A stretch of 40,503 nucleotides of DNA from an uncultured bacterium (GCA_964619725.1 CAZUFC010000079.1:1-40503), one strand, 5' to 3'; counted from the first letter of the stretch, positions 19,284 through 30,019 are shown. Program-made: numbers and translations. Notes: generated by a model not told the origin, from the sequence alone.

Positions 19284-20204
19284 CTACGCTTCGTAATCCG
19301 TGCTGCTGATCTTCCCTATCCTGGGCTTCGACGGCGGGATTGGCGATAAAGGCTCCTCTGTCGATTCAGCGCCCTCATCCGCTATTCCCGATATGTCGAT
19401 GATCTCCGTTTCACTCTCTTGCGAACCGCCCTGACCCGAAGCATCAGAACCAACGGCAACGCTGAGCTGCGCCAAATCGAGACCTTTGCCGTCAAGCGCT
19501 TTCACCAGTTCTGCTGCTTTGGTCTGTATGATTTCCTTAACCGCATCCGATTCGGTGATGAAATGAACATTTATCTCTCCGTTTTTATCCGCGCTGACGT
19601 TCAACTTCAATCCGCCTAGAAACTCCGAGTTAAACTGGAATTGCATCTCGGTCTGACCCGCTTTATTCACTCCTACCCTCACCTGATCAACGATACTGGT
19701 CAATATCTCATCAGGAATGATCTTCGATGCAGAAACATTTGAAATATCCATGGGTTGCGGACCCGTTTGAGGGCTCTGCTGCACAGCATCAGGAACCCCC
19801 TGGAATTTGACTTCCCGGTCCAACTTTTTCTTTAAATTATCGACCGGCGGTCCTTCGCTTCCCTTTAATTTCAAATCTTTCATACTCTTTTTATCCGGGA
19901 ATAACTTGCCCGGTCCCCTCTTCTGATCCGGCGGCTCAAATTTCTTCGGCATCTTCTTGGGACGTTTGGAGTCCGGAAAATAGGAAAAAGCTTCTTCCGG
20001 CTTCTCCCCCCTCCGTTCGCCTTCTTTCTCCTTTACCGGCTCTTTGGTTGACTTCGATTGAGACGAACCGGACTTGTCCGGTTCCTCCTTTTTTTTGCCG
20101 AAAATTTCAGAAAACGATCTTTCAGCCGAAGAAGCGGAATGATCCTTTTTTTCCATTGAATCGCCGATTTTCTTTGATCCTCCGGCGACCGGTTTTATAT
20201 CCAT
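19284..20204 (-). CDS. sctP: Length-control ruler SctP/FliK-like protein
   Basis: Disordered N-terminus; FliK-C-like 'EMQFQFNSEFLGGLKLNVS...INVHF..ESDAVKEII....ELVKAL..KGL'; O-P-Q synteny. Confidence 0.78.
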   Translation of the reverse strand: MDIKPVAGGSKKIGDSMEKKDHSASSAERSFSEIFGKKKEEPDKSGSSQSKSTKEPVKEKEGERRGEKPEEAFSYFPDSKRPKKMPKKFEPPDQKRGPGKLFPDKKSMKDLKLKGSEGPPVDNLKKKLDREVKFQGVPDAVQQSPQTGPQPMDISNVSASKIIPDEILTSIVDQVRVGVNKAGQTEMQFQFNSEFLGGLKLNVSADKNGEINVHFITESDAVKEIIQTKAAELVKALDGKGLDLAQLSVAVGSDASGQGGSQESETEIIDISGIADEGAESTEEPLSPIPPSKPRIGKISSTDYEA

Positions 20205-20251
20205 TGCTTTCTCCTTTTTAAGATAGCTGGTAAACCGTCACGGAACTCCAT

Positions 20252-20749
20252 TCAAGTATCCTTTTCCTTAAATGAATAAAGCACATTGCCTATTTCATCC
20301 AGGGTTTTCTGTTCCTCCCGCGCCTGTTCCTTTTTTATTTTACTGATCCATTTCTCCCGATGCATCTCTATCGCTTTGACGGCTTTCACCGCTTCTACCA
20401 GCAAACCTTTTGCTTCAGCAACATCATCCTTCGCTTTATTAATCGCGTCGTCCTGCTCTCTGATCTCCTGAATCTTATCGCTTTCATCGTCTCGTAATCG
20501 CTCCAGGTAACGATCATACTGCTTCAGTTTCTGAAGCGTGAGCTTTCCTGAACCAGGATTCGCCTTCTCTTTTTTGGCTCTTTTCTGTTCTTCGATTATC
20601 TGATTGAGTTCCTGCTTTAATTGATCCTTGTATTCAATTTGCTTCTGTAATTCGTCTTCTTTTTTTTTCAGATATTCCAGCGCTTCATCGCGTTTTCTTT
20701 CGCGCATCTCCAAAACAGGCTGCAATTTATAAGGCGGTAATTTAGCCAT
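20252..20749 (-). CDS. sctO: Stalk protein SctO/FliJ-like
   Basis: Coiled coil with 'YKLQPVLEMRE' and 'REEQKTLDEIG'; directly after the ATPase; SD GGAG before ATG at 20749. Confidence 0.8.
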   Translation of the reverse strand: MAKLPPYKLQPVLEMRERKRDEALEYLKKKEDELQKQIEYKDQLKQELNQIIEEQKRAKKEKANPGSGKLTLQKLKQYDRYLERLRDDESDKIQEIREQDDAINKAKDDVAEAKGLLVEAVKAVKAIEMHREKWISKIKKEQAREEQKTLDEIGNVLYSFKEKDT

Positions 20750-20835
20750 GCGCCTTCTCCCGGATTGAAGCATCCTTTTCAATGCAGCGTGAAATAACCG
20801 AAGATGTGATCATGACGAATTCTCTTTCCTTGAGC

Positions 20836-22185
20836 CTAATTTTTAAACAGGTCGTTCAACTTGATGACGGTATCGTCAAAAGTAATTTGTTCGAAAACCT
20901 CCTGTTTCAGAAAAGAATTAACCGCGTCGATCTTTTCAATGGCATAGTCGATATTCTTGTCCGACCCTTTCTTGTATGCGCCGATATTAATTAAATCTCT
21001 CTCTTTTTCATAAACAGCCAGGACTTCTCTTAATTTTCTGGCGGCCCGGCTGTGTTCGTCATTGACAATTTCCGACATAACGCGGCTGACGCTTTCCGAA
21101 ACGTCGATAGCGGGATAATGATTTCTGGCGGCTAAATTTCGCGACAAAATGATATGCCCGTCAAGAATACCTCTCACTTCATCGGCTACCGGCTCGTTCA
21201 TGTCGTCTCCCGCCACGAGTACGGTATAAAAAGCGGTTATGGAGCCTTTATCCGAATTGCCCGATCTTTCAAGCAGGCGGGGCAGTTCAGAAAACACGGA
21301 TGGAGTATATCCGGCTCTGGCCGGGGGTTCGCCGACGGCCAGGCCCACTTCTCTCTGGGCACGGGCGAATCTCGTAACGGAATCCATCATGAGCATAACT
21401 TTTTTGCCTGCATCCCTGAAATATTCGGCGATGGAAGTAGCGACATGAGCGGCTTTCAATCTGACAAGAGCGGGTTGATCTGACGTGGCGACGACTACGA
21501 CAGACTTTTTCATGCCTTCTTCGCCGAGATTGCCTTCCAGAAAATCGCGAACTTCCCGTCCCCTTTCTCCGATCAGCGCGATAACGTTAATTTCGGCTTC
21601 CGTGTTTCTGGCGATCATTCCCATAATGGTGCTCTTGCCCACGCCTGCAGCCGCAAAAAATCCTATTCTTTGACCTTCTCCGACGGTCAGCGTGCCGTCT
21701 ATCGCACGAATGCCTACAGCCAGCGTGTTTTTTATCCGGCGCCTTTTCAGAGGATCGGGAGGCGGACTGTGCACAGGATACTCCACCGTATCCTGCAGCT
21801 CTCCCTTCTCTTCAACGTCGAGCGGCTCTCCCAATCCGTCCAGGACCCTTCCCAGCAGACTCTCTCCTACTTTTATAGTCATTGAATTGCCCGTCGGGAG
21901 AATCTCGCTGTCCGTACCTATGCCCTCCAATTCGCCCAGAGGCATCAACATGACGTGATCGCCTTTGAATCCGATGACTTCGGCTTTCAGCGGCTTTCCC
22001 GCATTGTGCGACTGTATCAGACATAGTTCGCCGACCCTTACTCCGGGAACAGCCGCTTTAATCACCAGTCCCACAATTTCCACGACGCGGCCCCGCGCTT
22101 TCAACGGACTTATGTCGTCTATAATCCTTAAATACCTGCTTAATTCAATTTTGTTCCCGGATTGAGCCACTGCCTCTCTCCTCAA
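20836..22185 (-). CDS. sctN: T3SS ATPase SctN (FliI/YscN family); start may be GTG at 22170
   Basis: Walker A 'AAAGVGKST', 'LIGERGREV', '[10 protein letters not shown]', '[10 protein letters not shown]'. Confidence 0.97.
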   Translation of the reverse strand: MRREAVAQSGNKIELSRYLRIIDDISPLKARGRVVEIVGLVIKAAVPGVRVGELCLIQSHNAGKPLKAEVIGFKGDHVMLMPLGELEGIGTDSEILPTGNSMTIKVGESLLGRVLDGLGEPLDVEEKGELQDTVEYPVHSPPPDPLKRRRIKNTLAVGIRAIDGTLTVGEGQRIGFFAAAGVGKSTIMGMIARNTEAEINVIALIGERGREVRDFLEGNLGEEGMKKSVVVVATSDQPALVRLKAAHVATSIAEYFRDAGKKVMLMMDSVTRFARAQREVGLAVGEPPARAGYTPSVFSELPRLLERSGNSDKGSITAFYTVLVAGDDMNEPVADEVRGILDGHIILSRNLAARNHYPAIDVSESVSRVMSEIVNDEHSRAARKLREVLAVYEKERDLINIGAYKKGSDKNIDYAIEKIDAVNSFLKQEVFEQITFDDTVIKLNDLFKN

Positions 22186-22952
22186 ACGCTTGTGTTCTTC
22201 ACGGCCAACAATTTCCTGGCCAAAAATATGACGATGGCCCAGGGGACCAAAAAGAGAACTACGCCGCCGATCAGCAGCATCCGCAAGGGTTTTTTTGAAT
22301 TCTGAGTCAACGTCAGAGGCCCGAAATGAAAAAGTTTTTCCGATTCTCTTTTTTCTATGATTTTTTCCGTTGAAATTATAATAACGTTGGAAGTCGTCAG
22401 GTTCTCTACAGCCCTGGACACCAGGCTCTTTATCTCTTCATCGCTATAAGGCTTTTCTCCTCCCGGCTCAGGCCTGTATTTGATCAAAACCGATGCCGTA
22501 GGGTCCGGTATGGTTTCATCCGGCAAATAGGCATCCTTGTTGGGCATCACAACATGAACGCGAACATCCACCACACCGTCAATTCTTTCTATCGTTTCAG
22601 CTATTTCACCCTGATAAGCCTGAATGAGTTTCGCTTGTTCCTCCAGTTGGGTGGGCATAAGACCGGATTGCTGAAAAACGTCTTTGAATCCCGTCCCCTT
22701 GGGTCGCGGCAGGTCCATATCCAGTAATACTTTTCTCGCCTTTACCGCATCCGCTTCATCGATAAGTATCGTCCAGGTACGGTTTCTGTCATCACCCGCT
22801 GCTGCCTTTTCGCCTTTTATGCCGTACTGGTCCAGTATCACCAGAATCTCATTCGCTTCCCGCTCCTCAAGATCGTGCAATAATTCTATCTTGCAACCCG
22901 TCAGGAATAAAACCGCCGTCGCCAGAAAAATAAGCGCCGCCCGTCGCCTCAT
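22182..22952 (-). CDS. sctJ: Inner-membrane ring lipoprotein SctJ (YscJ/PrgK family)
   Basis: Lipobox 'FLTGC', '[10 protein letters not shown]', '[12 protein letters not shown]', 'PTASVLIKY', C-terminal TM; SD AAGGAG before ATG 22952. Confidence 0.92.
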   Translation of the reverse strand: MRRRAALIFLATAVLFLTGCKIELLHDLEEREANEILVILDQYGIKGEKAAAGDDRNRTWTILIDEADAVKARKVLLDMDLPRPKGTGFKDVFQQSGLMPTQLEEQAKLIQAYQGEIAETIERIDGVVDVRVHVVMPNKDAYLPDETIPDPTASVLIKYRPEPGGEKPYSDEEIKSLVSRAVENLTTSNVIIISTEKIIEKRESEKLFHFGPLTLTQNSKKPLRMLLIGGVVLFLVPWAIVIFLARKLLAVKNTSV

Positions 22953-23125
22953 CCTAGCTCCTTTCATAAATAAACCTTTCAACTGTCTTAAATGAGGAAT
23001 AAAAATGTCGACTTTTTATCCCGCAATTACCTCTTGAATTAAACTTTTCCGTTAACTTCCCCGTCAATTCACGCATGCTCCGCAATTGATTCCCTCAGAA
23101 GAAAAGACGGATTTCTCCTGCACCG

Positions 23126-23548
23126 TCATACCTGAGTATTCATCGTCGTTTTTATGCCCGAAACAGCCTGCTCGACCACTTTGCTGGTCAATTCCAGCTC
23201 CTGAGTGAACCGATAGACGCCTGTCTGAATGACCATGAGTTCCTGGGGAGAAAATTTTTTCCCGCTCAGCGCCATGTCCATGATCTTATCCACCTTGTGC
23301 TGTCCCTCGACTATGCCGTTAAGAACATCCTTGATGGAATTGCCTCTGGAAATGGACATATCGACCTGTCCCACTTCAGTCGCCTGCATCGATTCCGTCT
23401 TTCCCATCTCAGCATTCTGATCCATCATCTGGTTCATCACCTGGTCGAACTTGCCGACTTGTTCCGATGCTTTTACGCTTTCTTCGGCCAGCTTCTTGGC
23501 TATATTGGCAGCCGTCTGGCCGGCGCCTGTAATCATTGGTCCCGCCAT
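23126..23548 (-). CDS. sctI: Inner rod SctI-like protein
   Basis: 'SPQELMVIQ...ELELTSKVVEQ...TTMNTQ' YscI-like C-terminus; directly upstream of sctJ. Confidence 0.7.
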   Translation of the reverse strand: MAGPMITGAGQTAANIAKKLAEESVKASEQVGKFDQVMNQMMDQNAEMGKTESMQATEVGQVDMSISRGNSIKDVLNGIVEGQHKVDKIMDMALSGKKFSPQELMVIQTGVYRFTQELELTSKVVEQAVSGIKTTMNTQV

Positions 23549-23589
23549 GACGATACCCTCCTTTCTGCAAAAATGCAGAGTTATTCCGG

Positions 23590-24297
23590 TTAAGTGACTT
23601 CGTCCGGCGTCTTAACGCCGAAACCCGCCAGTATTTCTTTCAATTCCATCAATATTTTCGTGTGCAGTCGCGACAGCCAGCTTTTCGACAAATTCATAAT
23701 GCGTCCGATTTCTATAAGGGTCTTATTCTCATAATAATACATGTAAATAAACCGTCGATCCTGGTCTTTCAACCTGTCCAGCATCTTCCTGATTAGTTCT
23801 CGCTTCTGTATCTTACCGTAAGCCCTCTCAGGATCGACGTCGTTCTGATCCTTCGGCTCAAGCTCGACCGCCGCATCCAGAGAAATAATGTAGATTGGAA
23901 TCAATGCGGAAATGACCTGTTCCAATTCATTCGCTTCCTCTTCAGCCCCCATGTCAGAAGGACTCTTGCCGCTTGAAACGAACTCGTTCATAAACTCATT
24001 AGCCGATTCCTCAAATTTCTGTTTGGCGTATTGATTGCGATTGAGCCAGCCGAATTCCCTTAAACCGTCGAATATGGCGCCTCTGATCCTGTAATAAGCG
24101 AACGTTTTAAAACTTATTCCCTTGGCCGGATCGAAACGTTCCGCAGCTTGAACCAGTCCGAGGTGACCATAAGCGACCAAATCTTCTTTGTCGACCCAAG
24201 GAGCGATCGTTTTGGAAATATTGGAGGCTAACTTCTGCACGTAGGTTATATTTTTCTTTATCAGAATCTCTTTTTGCGTAGCGGCGACGGATTTCAT
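23590..24297 (-). CDS. fliA: FliA/WhiG-family (sigma28) RNA polymerase sigma factor
   Basis: 'GLVQAAERFDPAKGISFKTFAYYRIRGAIFDGLR'; region 4 'TLIEIGRIMNLSKSWLSRLH'. Confidence 0.85.
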   Translation of the reverse strand: MKSVAATQKEILIKKNITYVQKLASNISKTIAPWVDKEDLVAYGHLGLVQAAERFDPAKGISFKTFAYYRIRGAIFDGLREFGWLNRNQYAKQKFEESANEFMNEFVSSGKSPSDMGAEEEANELEQVISALIPIYIISLDAAVELEPKDQNDVDPERAYGKIQKRELIRKMLDRLKDQDRRFIYMYYYENKTLIEIGRIMNLSKSWLSRLHTKILMELKEILAGFGVKTPDEVT

Positions 24298-24486
24298 GAT
24301 ATAATTTCCAACCTGAAGCCTGATAAGCAGAAAATGAAAACCATAAGTCGACCGTACTTATCCAGGAGCCTTTCGTAATATTTCAATATAACAGATTCAA
24401 GCCGACAACGGCAAATTTCATTCACCGACCGCAGCAGCCTTATGTTCATCATTGAATCTTTTAATACTTTGAATCTGCGCATTCTA

Positions 24487-27400
24487 TCAACCTCGACGTT
24501 TCTGACCGTCATTTTGATCTCTTCCGTCACTGCCGCCCTGCTCTCGAGAGCCGTCCTCGGTACTTCCCTCAGCAGGTTTTATCCTGGTTTGGGCGATCGG
24601 AATTTCCAGCTTAGCCGTCACCAAAGCTCCGAATCCTCCGGGTAAATTAATTTTTTCTTTATGATCCGGGGCCTGGGTGAAAGAACTGACGGAATGCAGA
24701 TAGGACAGGTAAATGATGTTTTCAGCAGGATTAAATCGGGCAGCCAAGATAAGCGCGGGATAGGGAATGCCGTCGAACAACATGAATCCGCCCGGCGCAA
24801 AACGTCTGACGACAGGTTCCGGCAAACTCCGTGGATAATTCTTCATATTGAAAGAAATGCCGGGCTCTTCAAATTCCCCTTCCGTCGCAAGCGCGGCCTG
24901 AAGCCGCGGCTCTGAAGCGCTTTCTGCTCCTCTCCCGAAAATAGTCAATTTTGCTCCATCCGCAACAGGAACGGTATGAACGGAATATTGTCCCGGCAGA
25001 CCGGGAGTATCCCCAGTCTTCCGATACCCCTTATCAAAATCGCTATCATTGACTTTCCTCTGCGACTTATCCCCTTCCCTGAACTTGAAATCACGTTGAT
25101 TGCTTTCCCGCACTTTGGACGCTTCGCTCTCCGAGAAATAACCTGCAGGAGCCAGGTCAGAAAAAACCGTATCGGGAGGTAACGGCATTACCGCGGGATC
25201 ATCGAAGTCCGGCGAGGCATTTGCCGCATTCATCGCCTGTGCGTCAACCGGTTTGAGCCTCCGGGTGAGGGAGTAGATGAAGTCCTTTGAAAGCTCAATC
25301 AAGCCGGCCTTATCGGCGTCAGTAACGGGATAACCCGCTTCCTGATTGATTCGAATCTTCGGGGCTTCAGTTGGCGATGTCATTGCGGGTGAAGACGATG
25401 CCGGTAAGGTACCCGCTGGAATTATCCCATATAAGCGTTCTCTCAGAGCATGCCCCCTGGGATCAAACCATACGCCCTGCTTGATCAATCCCACCGCCTG
25501 GCTGTCTTCCTGAATGTCGAGAGCCATTTTTTCGAGTGTGGCGACATCCAGCATGCCGGTTTGCTTTAATCCTTTAAAGCTTTGATATGTCATAAGGACC
25601 GTTTTGATTTCATCCGGAGACATTCCGGAAAAAATGTTCTGTATCGATTTCCTTCCGGCGAATCCAAGGACCGGTTCCGTCATGCCGCTCGCCTGATTTC
25701 CTTCGACTGATTTCGCCACGGCCCGGAACAAGACTGCGGGTAAAGCCGCATGCTGCTCAATAATCCGGGCCGCTGCGGGCGTTTTCGACAAATAACTTTT
25801 CAAATTCTGAGGATTCACAGGCAACCGGTCAATCAGATCAAACTTTTCCCTGCCCGTCAGGTCGAACAGGACATTGGAAAAAACCATCCTGCTGATGGGC
25901 GCTCTTCTTATCTTCTGAAGAATCCCGAATGTCTTCATATCCAATATTCCGTCGGAAAATTCCAATCCCAGGTCCTCCTGAACGGCAGTCACGGCGCTCG
26001 ACAACCATTCCGCCGTTCTTTTGCCTCCGTCCATTACCGAAAGACCCATACGCGCTAAAATGTCCCCCATTATTTTTTCGGAAAATTTCAGCGACCGGTC
26101 GTCATATTTTGAGAAAGGAACCTTACGGGCCAGCCCTGACTCAAATGAAAGCAGGGATGCCCCAAGCTCGTCAATCATCACTCCGTCAGGCGTATTTCTT
26201 AACAGTCCTTCTACGGCTCTCATCGTCTGCAGGTCAAGTATTCCGTGTTGCGGCATTCCGAAGGATTTTTGCACGGTTTTTAAAAATCCCTGTATGTTGA
26301 AGTCGCTGCCGGTTTTAAGGTCGACCGGAGTATCGGCTTGAACCGCGTCAATCTGTTGTGACGACAATTTTCTTATCTTCGCCGCCTGACTGAATTTATT
26401 CATGAACAGGTTAACGGTCGAATCGGCAATTTTTCCCCCGCCGCGATACATCGCTTCGATTAAACTCCTGTTCGTCTTCGCATCGCCGCCGGTCAAGAGT
26501 CCATTCAAATCGTTCAAATTCAAACCCGCATGCCTCATTTTGCCCAGTAAGGACAGGACGTCTTTGTTCAATAATGCGTCTGGTTTCAAACCGGTCAATT
26601 TCTTGAATAACCTTATACCTCGCGCGTCGCCTTCAAATCCGGACTCGATTCCCGCTTCTTTCGCAAGCAATGCTATGCGATGCCCATCGATCGGCAGAAG
26701 TTCGTCCCTTATCTCGGTCAGCTTCATTCCATGCCAGGTTCGTGAAACGGCGCCGGCGAAATCATTCAAATCAAGCGCTTTCATTATCTCCGGAGGAAAC
26801 AAAACATTTGCTTCTTTCGTTATTTGCAGGGCTTGCGCCGGCGTTCCCTTTTTTCCTATAATATGTGAAAAATCATTCAGAAAACTCTTTATCGAAACCT
26901 CATCGAAGGCGCCGTACATTCTTGAAATAAAATTTTTTCCTTCCACCGATCTTCCTAACTCGTCCCGGATGGAATCAACAAAAGCAGGAGAAAAAAATCG
27001 CTCCGGCTTCCCTGAACGTGCATCCGGCTTAAACCCGGAGAATTCGGTTGCCCTGGCTCTTTTACCGGTTCCTTCCCGTGAAACAAAACGGTTCTCTGTA
27101 TTTAACCCCCGGCCTGATGTTGCCGGTCCAGCAGCATTCTTGTCTGCGGATTTTTGCAAAACTCTGCCGGTTAATGCCTGCAAAGTTGCCCTGTTCAATC
27201 TCCCGTTCGATTCTAATCCCTCGCTTCGTTGAAATTGCCTCAGCAAAACCGACAGATCACCGTCCGTACCACCGGCTGTTCCGCCTTCCATCAGCAATTG
27301 CCCCACGAAATTTTTCAGTACGGGCCCGAAACGGGAATCTTTCACTTCGACGCCGGCATCACCTGAAATTTCCTGTTTCAAAGGATGCCTTTCCAGGATA

Positions 27401-28494
27401 GGGAATTCAGCCGGATTCGAAACGGGATGCTGCATCTCCTGCAAAAACTGCAGAGTCTCACGGTTTAATACTCCGTCAGCTTTGAATCCGAATTCGCTCT
27501 GCAAAACCATTAAATCGCTTTTAATCCGGCTTACGTCAGAAACATCACGGTTTTCCCTGCCGGCATTCAGATCGGAAGCGGCAGAATCTCCCAGGACAGC
27601 ATTTTTATTCGTCTTTTCTGAATTGTGTTCCAGCCCCCCTAAATTTGACAGCGTCCCTCTCTTGGCCGGCATTTCCGTTAAAACAGTCTCTCCTCGTTCG
27701 CTGGAGATAAACTGCGCTGACTTTTGAGCAATACCTAAACGGGGCAGTATATTCTTTAAAAAATCAATCGTCTCAGTACGTTGACCGGCGGGAAGCTCGT
27801 CTAAATCCGTCAACTGTTCCGACGTTTTCATTACTTCAGGCATTATCAGTTTATCTTTTAAGACGCTTTTCGATCTCATGCCCCTGTTTGTGCTCAGAGG
27901 TTCCCCCCTGATCGAGCCTGACCCGGCAGAATCCCCCAGACTCATGCGCGTATGCACAGGTTTCCCCGACGCCTTTTCTTTGGTCTGGTCCGCTTTCAGG
28001 GCATGGTTTACTACACCTCTGCTCTTCAGTCTTCCCGAAGACTTCTCCCCTGAATCACCTGCAGGATAAGACCCCTTGCGCTTTCCCGAAAATTCTGCCG
28101 AACGCCCTTCTTCTCTGCTTGAAACCTTTTTGTCGCCCGACCAGGTTTTTGACCGCTCGCCGCCGCCAGTCAGACCGCTTCCTTCTTTTCCTTCCGCTGA
28201 TTCGACCTCTGCAGCAATCCTCCCGGACTCCAGTCCGCCGATGCTGTCCAGGAAATTTTCGCGTACGGATGACTCACGTCCCATGAAAATATCTTCCGAA
28301 GAATAACTTTTTGCGGGAATTGACTGTTTAGCCTTGCCGGTACCAGCCCCCTCCGTACCGGTCCTCCCGGTAAGATTTCCCGGACCGGCCCGTTCCTGTA
28401 TTGATTCGGAAGAACCCTCAAGCCCGGAAAGCGCCTTTTTTCCTCCGCGTAAAAAAAGCGGTAACCATTGAATTTTTTGAAAGCGGCCAATCAT
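24487..28494 (-). CDS. Large protein with six peptidoglycan-binding (PG_binding_1-like) motifs, no signal peptide
   Basis: Recurrent '(F/Y)Q...G(L/F)...G.L(D/N)..T...L' motifs; long low-complexity N-terminus. Confidence 0.7.
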   Translation of the reverse strand: MIGRFQKIQWLPLFLRGGKKALSGLEGSSESIQERAGPGNLTGRTGTEGAGTGKAKQSIPAKSYSSEDIFMGRESSVRENFLDSIGGLESGRIAAEVESAEGKEGSGLTGGGERSKTWSGDKKVSSREEGRSAEFSGKRKGSYPAGDSGEKSSGRLKSRGVVNHALKADQTKEKASGKPVHTRMSLGDSAGSGSIRGEPLSTNRGMRSKSVLKDKLIMPEVMKTSEQLTDLDELPAGQRTETIDFLKNILPRLGIAQKSAQFISSERGETVLTEMPAKRGTLSNLGGLEHNSEKTNKNAVLGDSAASDLNAGRENRDVSDVSRIKSDLMVLQSEFGFKADGVLNRETLQFLQEMQHPVSNPAEFPILERHPLKQEISGDAGVEVKDSRFGPVLKNFVGQLLMEGGTAGGTDGDLSVLLRQFQRSEGLESNGRLNRATLQALTGRVLQKSADKNAAGPATSGRGLNTENRFVSREGTGKRARATEFSGFKPDARSGKPERFFSPAFVDSIRDELGRSVEGKNFISRMYGAFDEVSIKSFLNDFSHIIGKKGTPAQALQITKEANVLFPPEIMKALDLNDFAGAVSRTWHGMKLTEIRDELLPIDGHRIALLAKEAGIESGFEGDARGIRLFKKLTGLKPDALLNKDVLSLLGKMRHAGLNLNDLNGLLTGGDAKTNRSLIEAMYRGGGKIADSTVNLFMNKFSQAAKIRKLSSQQIDAVQADTPVDLKTGSDFNIQGFLKTVQKSFGMPQHGILDLQTMRAVEGLLRNTPDGVMIDELGASLLSFESGLARKVPFSKYDDRSLKFSEKIMGDILARMGLSVMDGGKRTAEWLSSAVTAVQEDLGLEFSDGILDMKTFGILQKIRRAPISRMVFSNVLFDLTGREKFDLIDRLPVNPQNLKSYLSKTPAAARIIEQHAALPAVLFRAVAKSVEGNQASGMTEPVLGFAGRKSIQNIFSGMSPDEIKTVLMTYQSFKGLKQTGMLDVATLEKMALDIQEDSQAVGLIKQGVWFDPRGHALRERLYGIIPAGTLPASSSPAMTSPTEAPKIRINQEAGYPVTDADKAGLIELSKDFIYSLTRRLKPVDAQAMNAANASPDFDDPAVMPLPPDTVFSDLAPAGYFSESEASKVRESNQRDFKFREGDKSQRKVNDSDFDKGYRKTGDTPGLPGQYSVHTVPVADGAKLTIFGRGAESASEPRLQAALATEGEFEEPGISFNMKNYPRSLPEPVVRRFAPGGFMLFDGIPYPALILAARFNPAENIIYLSYLHSVSSFTQAPDHKEKINLPGGFGALVTAKLEIPIAQTRIKPAEGSTEDGSREQGGSDGRDQNDGQKRRG

Positions 28495-28545
28495 GATGTC
28501 TTCGTCCGAAAACGTATGTTTTTTTCAGTTCAGTTCAAACCGAAA

Positions 28546-28950
28546 CTAAAGATTCTCTATACTGGAAAGCTGATTAAGGATTTTTGTTATTTTTGAGGTC
28601 ATTTCAGGGTCCTTGCCGACAAAATCTTTAATCCTGTCCTTCATTTCCGATAATCCCTTTTCATCCAGAACTTCAGGCGACAATTTTTCTCTTATTATCC
28701 TGTCCACGGCCAATTCAATGAATTTTTCCCTGCCGGTTTCATCCTGTTCCAGTTTTTTCCCGTCCATTTCCTTTTTTATCGCTTCAAGCAAAGCCGAATC
28801 CATCTTTTTAGCTTCTATTCCCTTTTTATCTTCGACCGCTCCTTTATCTTTTTCCAGGGCGAAATCTTCCGCTTTTTCCGCTTTTTTTCGTTGAATTTCC
28901 CGGATATTTTCCAGATTCCGCGGAGATTTAACCGACGGATCGATCTTCAT
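28546..28950 (-). CDS. Hypothetical T3SS-cluster protein
   Basis: 134-aa helical, charged ORF with SD GAGGTG; co-oriented inside the cluster. Confidence 0.7.
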   Translation of the reverse strand: MKIDPSVKSPRNLENIREIQRKKAEKAEDFALEKDKGAVEDKKGIEAKKMDSALLEAIKKEMDGKKLEQDETGREKFIELAVDRIIREKLSPEVLDEKGLSEMKDRIKDFVGKDPEMTSKITKILNQLSSIENL

Positions 28951-29050
28951 TTTTGCACCTCACATCATACAAAGCATACTGCCTGTTTCAGAAGTAAAAA
29001 ACCTATTATGGCACTGAGATTCGAAAAGCAATCGCTGAAATAGAATGATC

Positions 29051-29452
29051 CTATTCCAATTCTTCATAGAATTGTTTCAGAGACCTGGCAAAATCGCCGA
29101 ACGGTCCCGTGGGGTCATTCCTCAAAGCTTTATTTATCAGCTCTTCTCCTTCATCCTTACGATTGCTGAAATAAAGAAACTCAGCGTATGCGGTTTGAGC
29201 GAAGGGGCTTTCCGGATTGATTTTCAACGCTTTTTTGAAAGATTCTTCGGCTTTGTCCATTTCGTCCCTGGCAAAGTACAGGTTGCCCAGCGCCACCTGA
29301 GGATGCTCCATGTGCGGAATCAGGGGACTCAACCCGGTAAAAACTTTTTCAGCTTCTTCGTCTCGTTTCATATAAGCCAGCAATTGCCCGGCTTCCAGCA
29401 ACATCTTTATCTCATCCGTGCTGATCGGAACTAACGGTTGTGCAGAATTCAC
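29051..29452 (-). CDS. TPR chaperone (YscG/SycD-like)
   Basis: About 3 TPR units; directly downstream of the needle-like gene. Confidence 0.72.
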   Translation of the reverse strand: MNSAQPLVPISTDEIKMLLEAGQLLAYMKRDEEAEKVFTGLSPLIPHMEHPQVALGNLYFARDEMDKAEESFKKALKINPESPFAQTAYAEFLYFSNRKDEGEELINKALRNDPTGPFGDFARSLKQFYEELE

Positions 29453-29501
29453 GATATATACTCCCTTTATCTTGCTGTCTCAGGTCTGTCGTCCATTAAA
29501 T

Positions 29502-29933
29502 CTACTTGATGTTCCTGACGGCTGACATCGTAGCATCATGACGGGCTTTTGATACGTTGGACAATGCGGTATAAGTCATCACCTGCTTCTGAATACGATA
29601 TTGCAGCATCAACATATCCGTCATGCTCATGTCAGGCATATCGCCATCCATCATGTTTCCGTCGCCCGGAAATTCTCCGCCGCCGCCTGCACCCTCAGCG
29701 CCTATGGCATTTCCTGCAGTCGCAGCCGCAGCCCCGGCGCCCATGACGGCAGCCTTTACCACTGTACCGCCCGGAACGAAACCTGCCGCCACGCCTCCGA
29801 CAGTCCCCAGCGTCTTACCAGCAGCCCGCATGAAACTGCCGAACTTTCCGGACGTGCCGGCCGACTGCTGCGCTCTCATATAATCCGCTCTGTTATAAGT
29901 CTGAATTCCTATACGGGATATTGGAGTCGACAT
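29502..29933 (-). CDS. Needle/filament subunit SctF-like protein with Gly/Ala-rich N-terminal extension
   Basis: C-terminal 'MLMLQYRIQKQVMTYTALSNVSKARHDATMSAVRNIK' resembles needle C-terminal helices; SD AAGGAGG before ATG 29933; E-F-G synteny. Confidence 0.62.
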   Translation of the reverse strand: MSTPISRIGIQTYNRADYMRAQQSAGTSGKFGSFMRAAGKTLGTVGGVAAGFVPGGTVVKAAVMGAGAAAATAGNAIGAEGAGGGGEFPGDGNMMDGDMPDMSMTDMLMLQYRIQKQVMTYTALSNVSKARHDATMSAVRNIK

Positions 29934-29992
29934 GATTTTCCTCCTTGAATTGATATTGAGAAAGCCCCAACGGCTTTCGACTTTCATCCCTG

Positions 29993-30019
29993 TTATCGGT
30001 GAAAATATAAAAAAGTTTC
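29993..30019 (-). promoter_or_regulatory. sigma28-type promoter for the needle-like gene
   Basis: GAAACTTT-N11-ACCGATAA versus consensus TAAAGTTT-N11-GCCGATAA. Confidence 0.7.

Noticed and set aside
24294-24530. 78-aa ORF between the giant protein and the sigma factor
   Set aside because: Overlaps the upstream gene by 44 nt and has no motif; cannot be supported
26402-27232. 276-aa plus-strand ORF and other antisense ORFs
   Set aside because: Antisense shadows of well-supported minus-strand genes
29945-29990. c-di-GMP riboswitch in the needle-gene leader
   Set aside because: Only one short hairpin; too short and lacks the two-stem consensus
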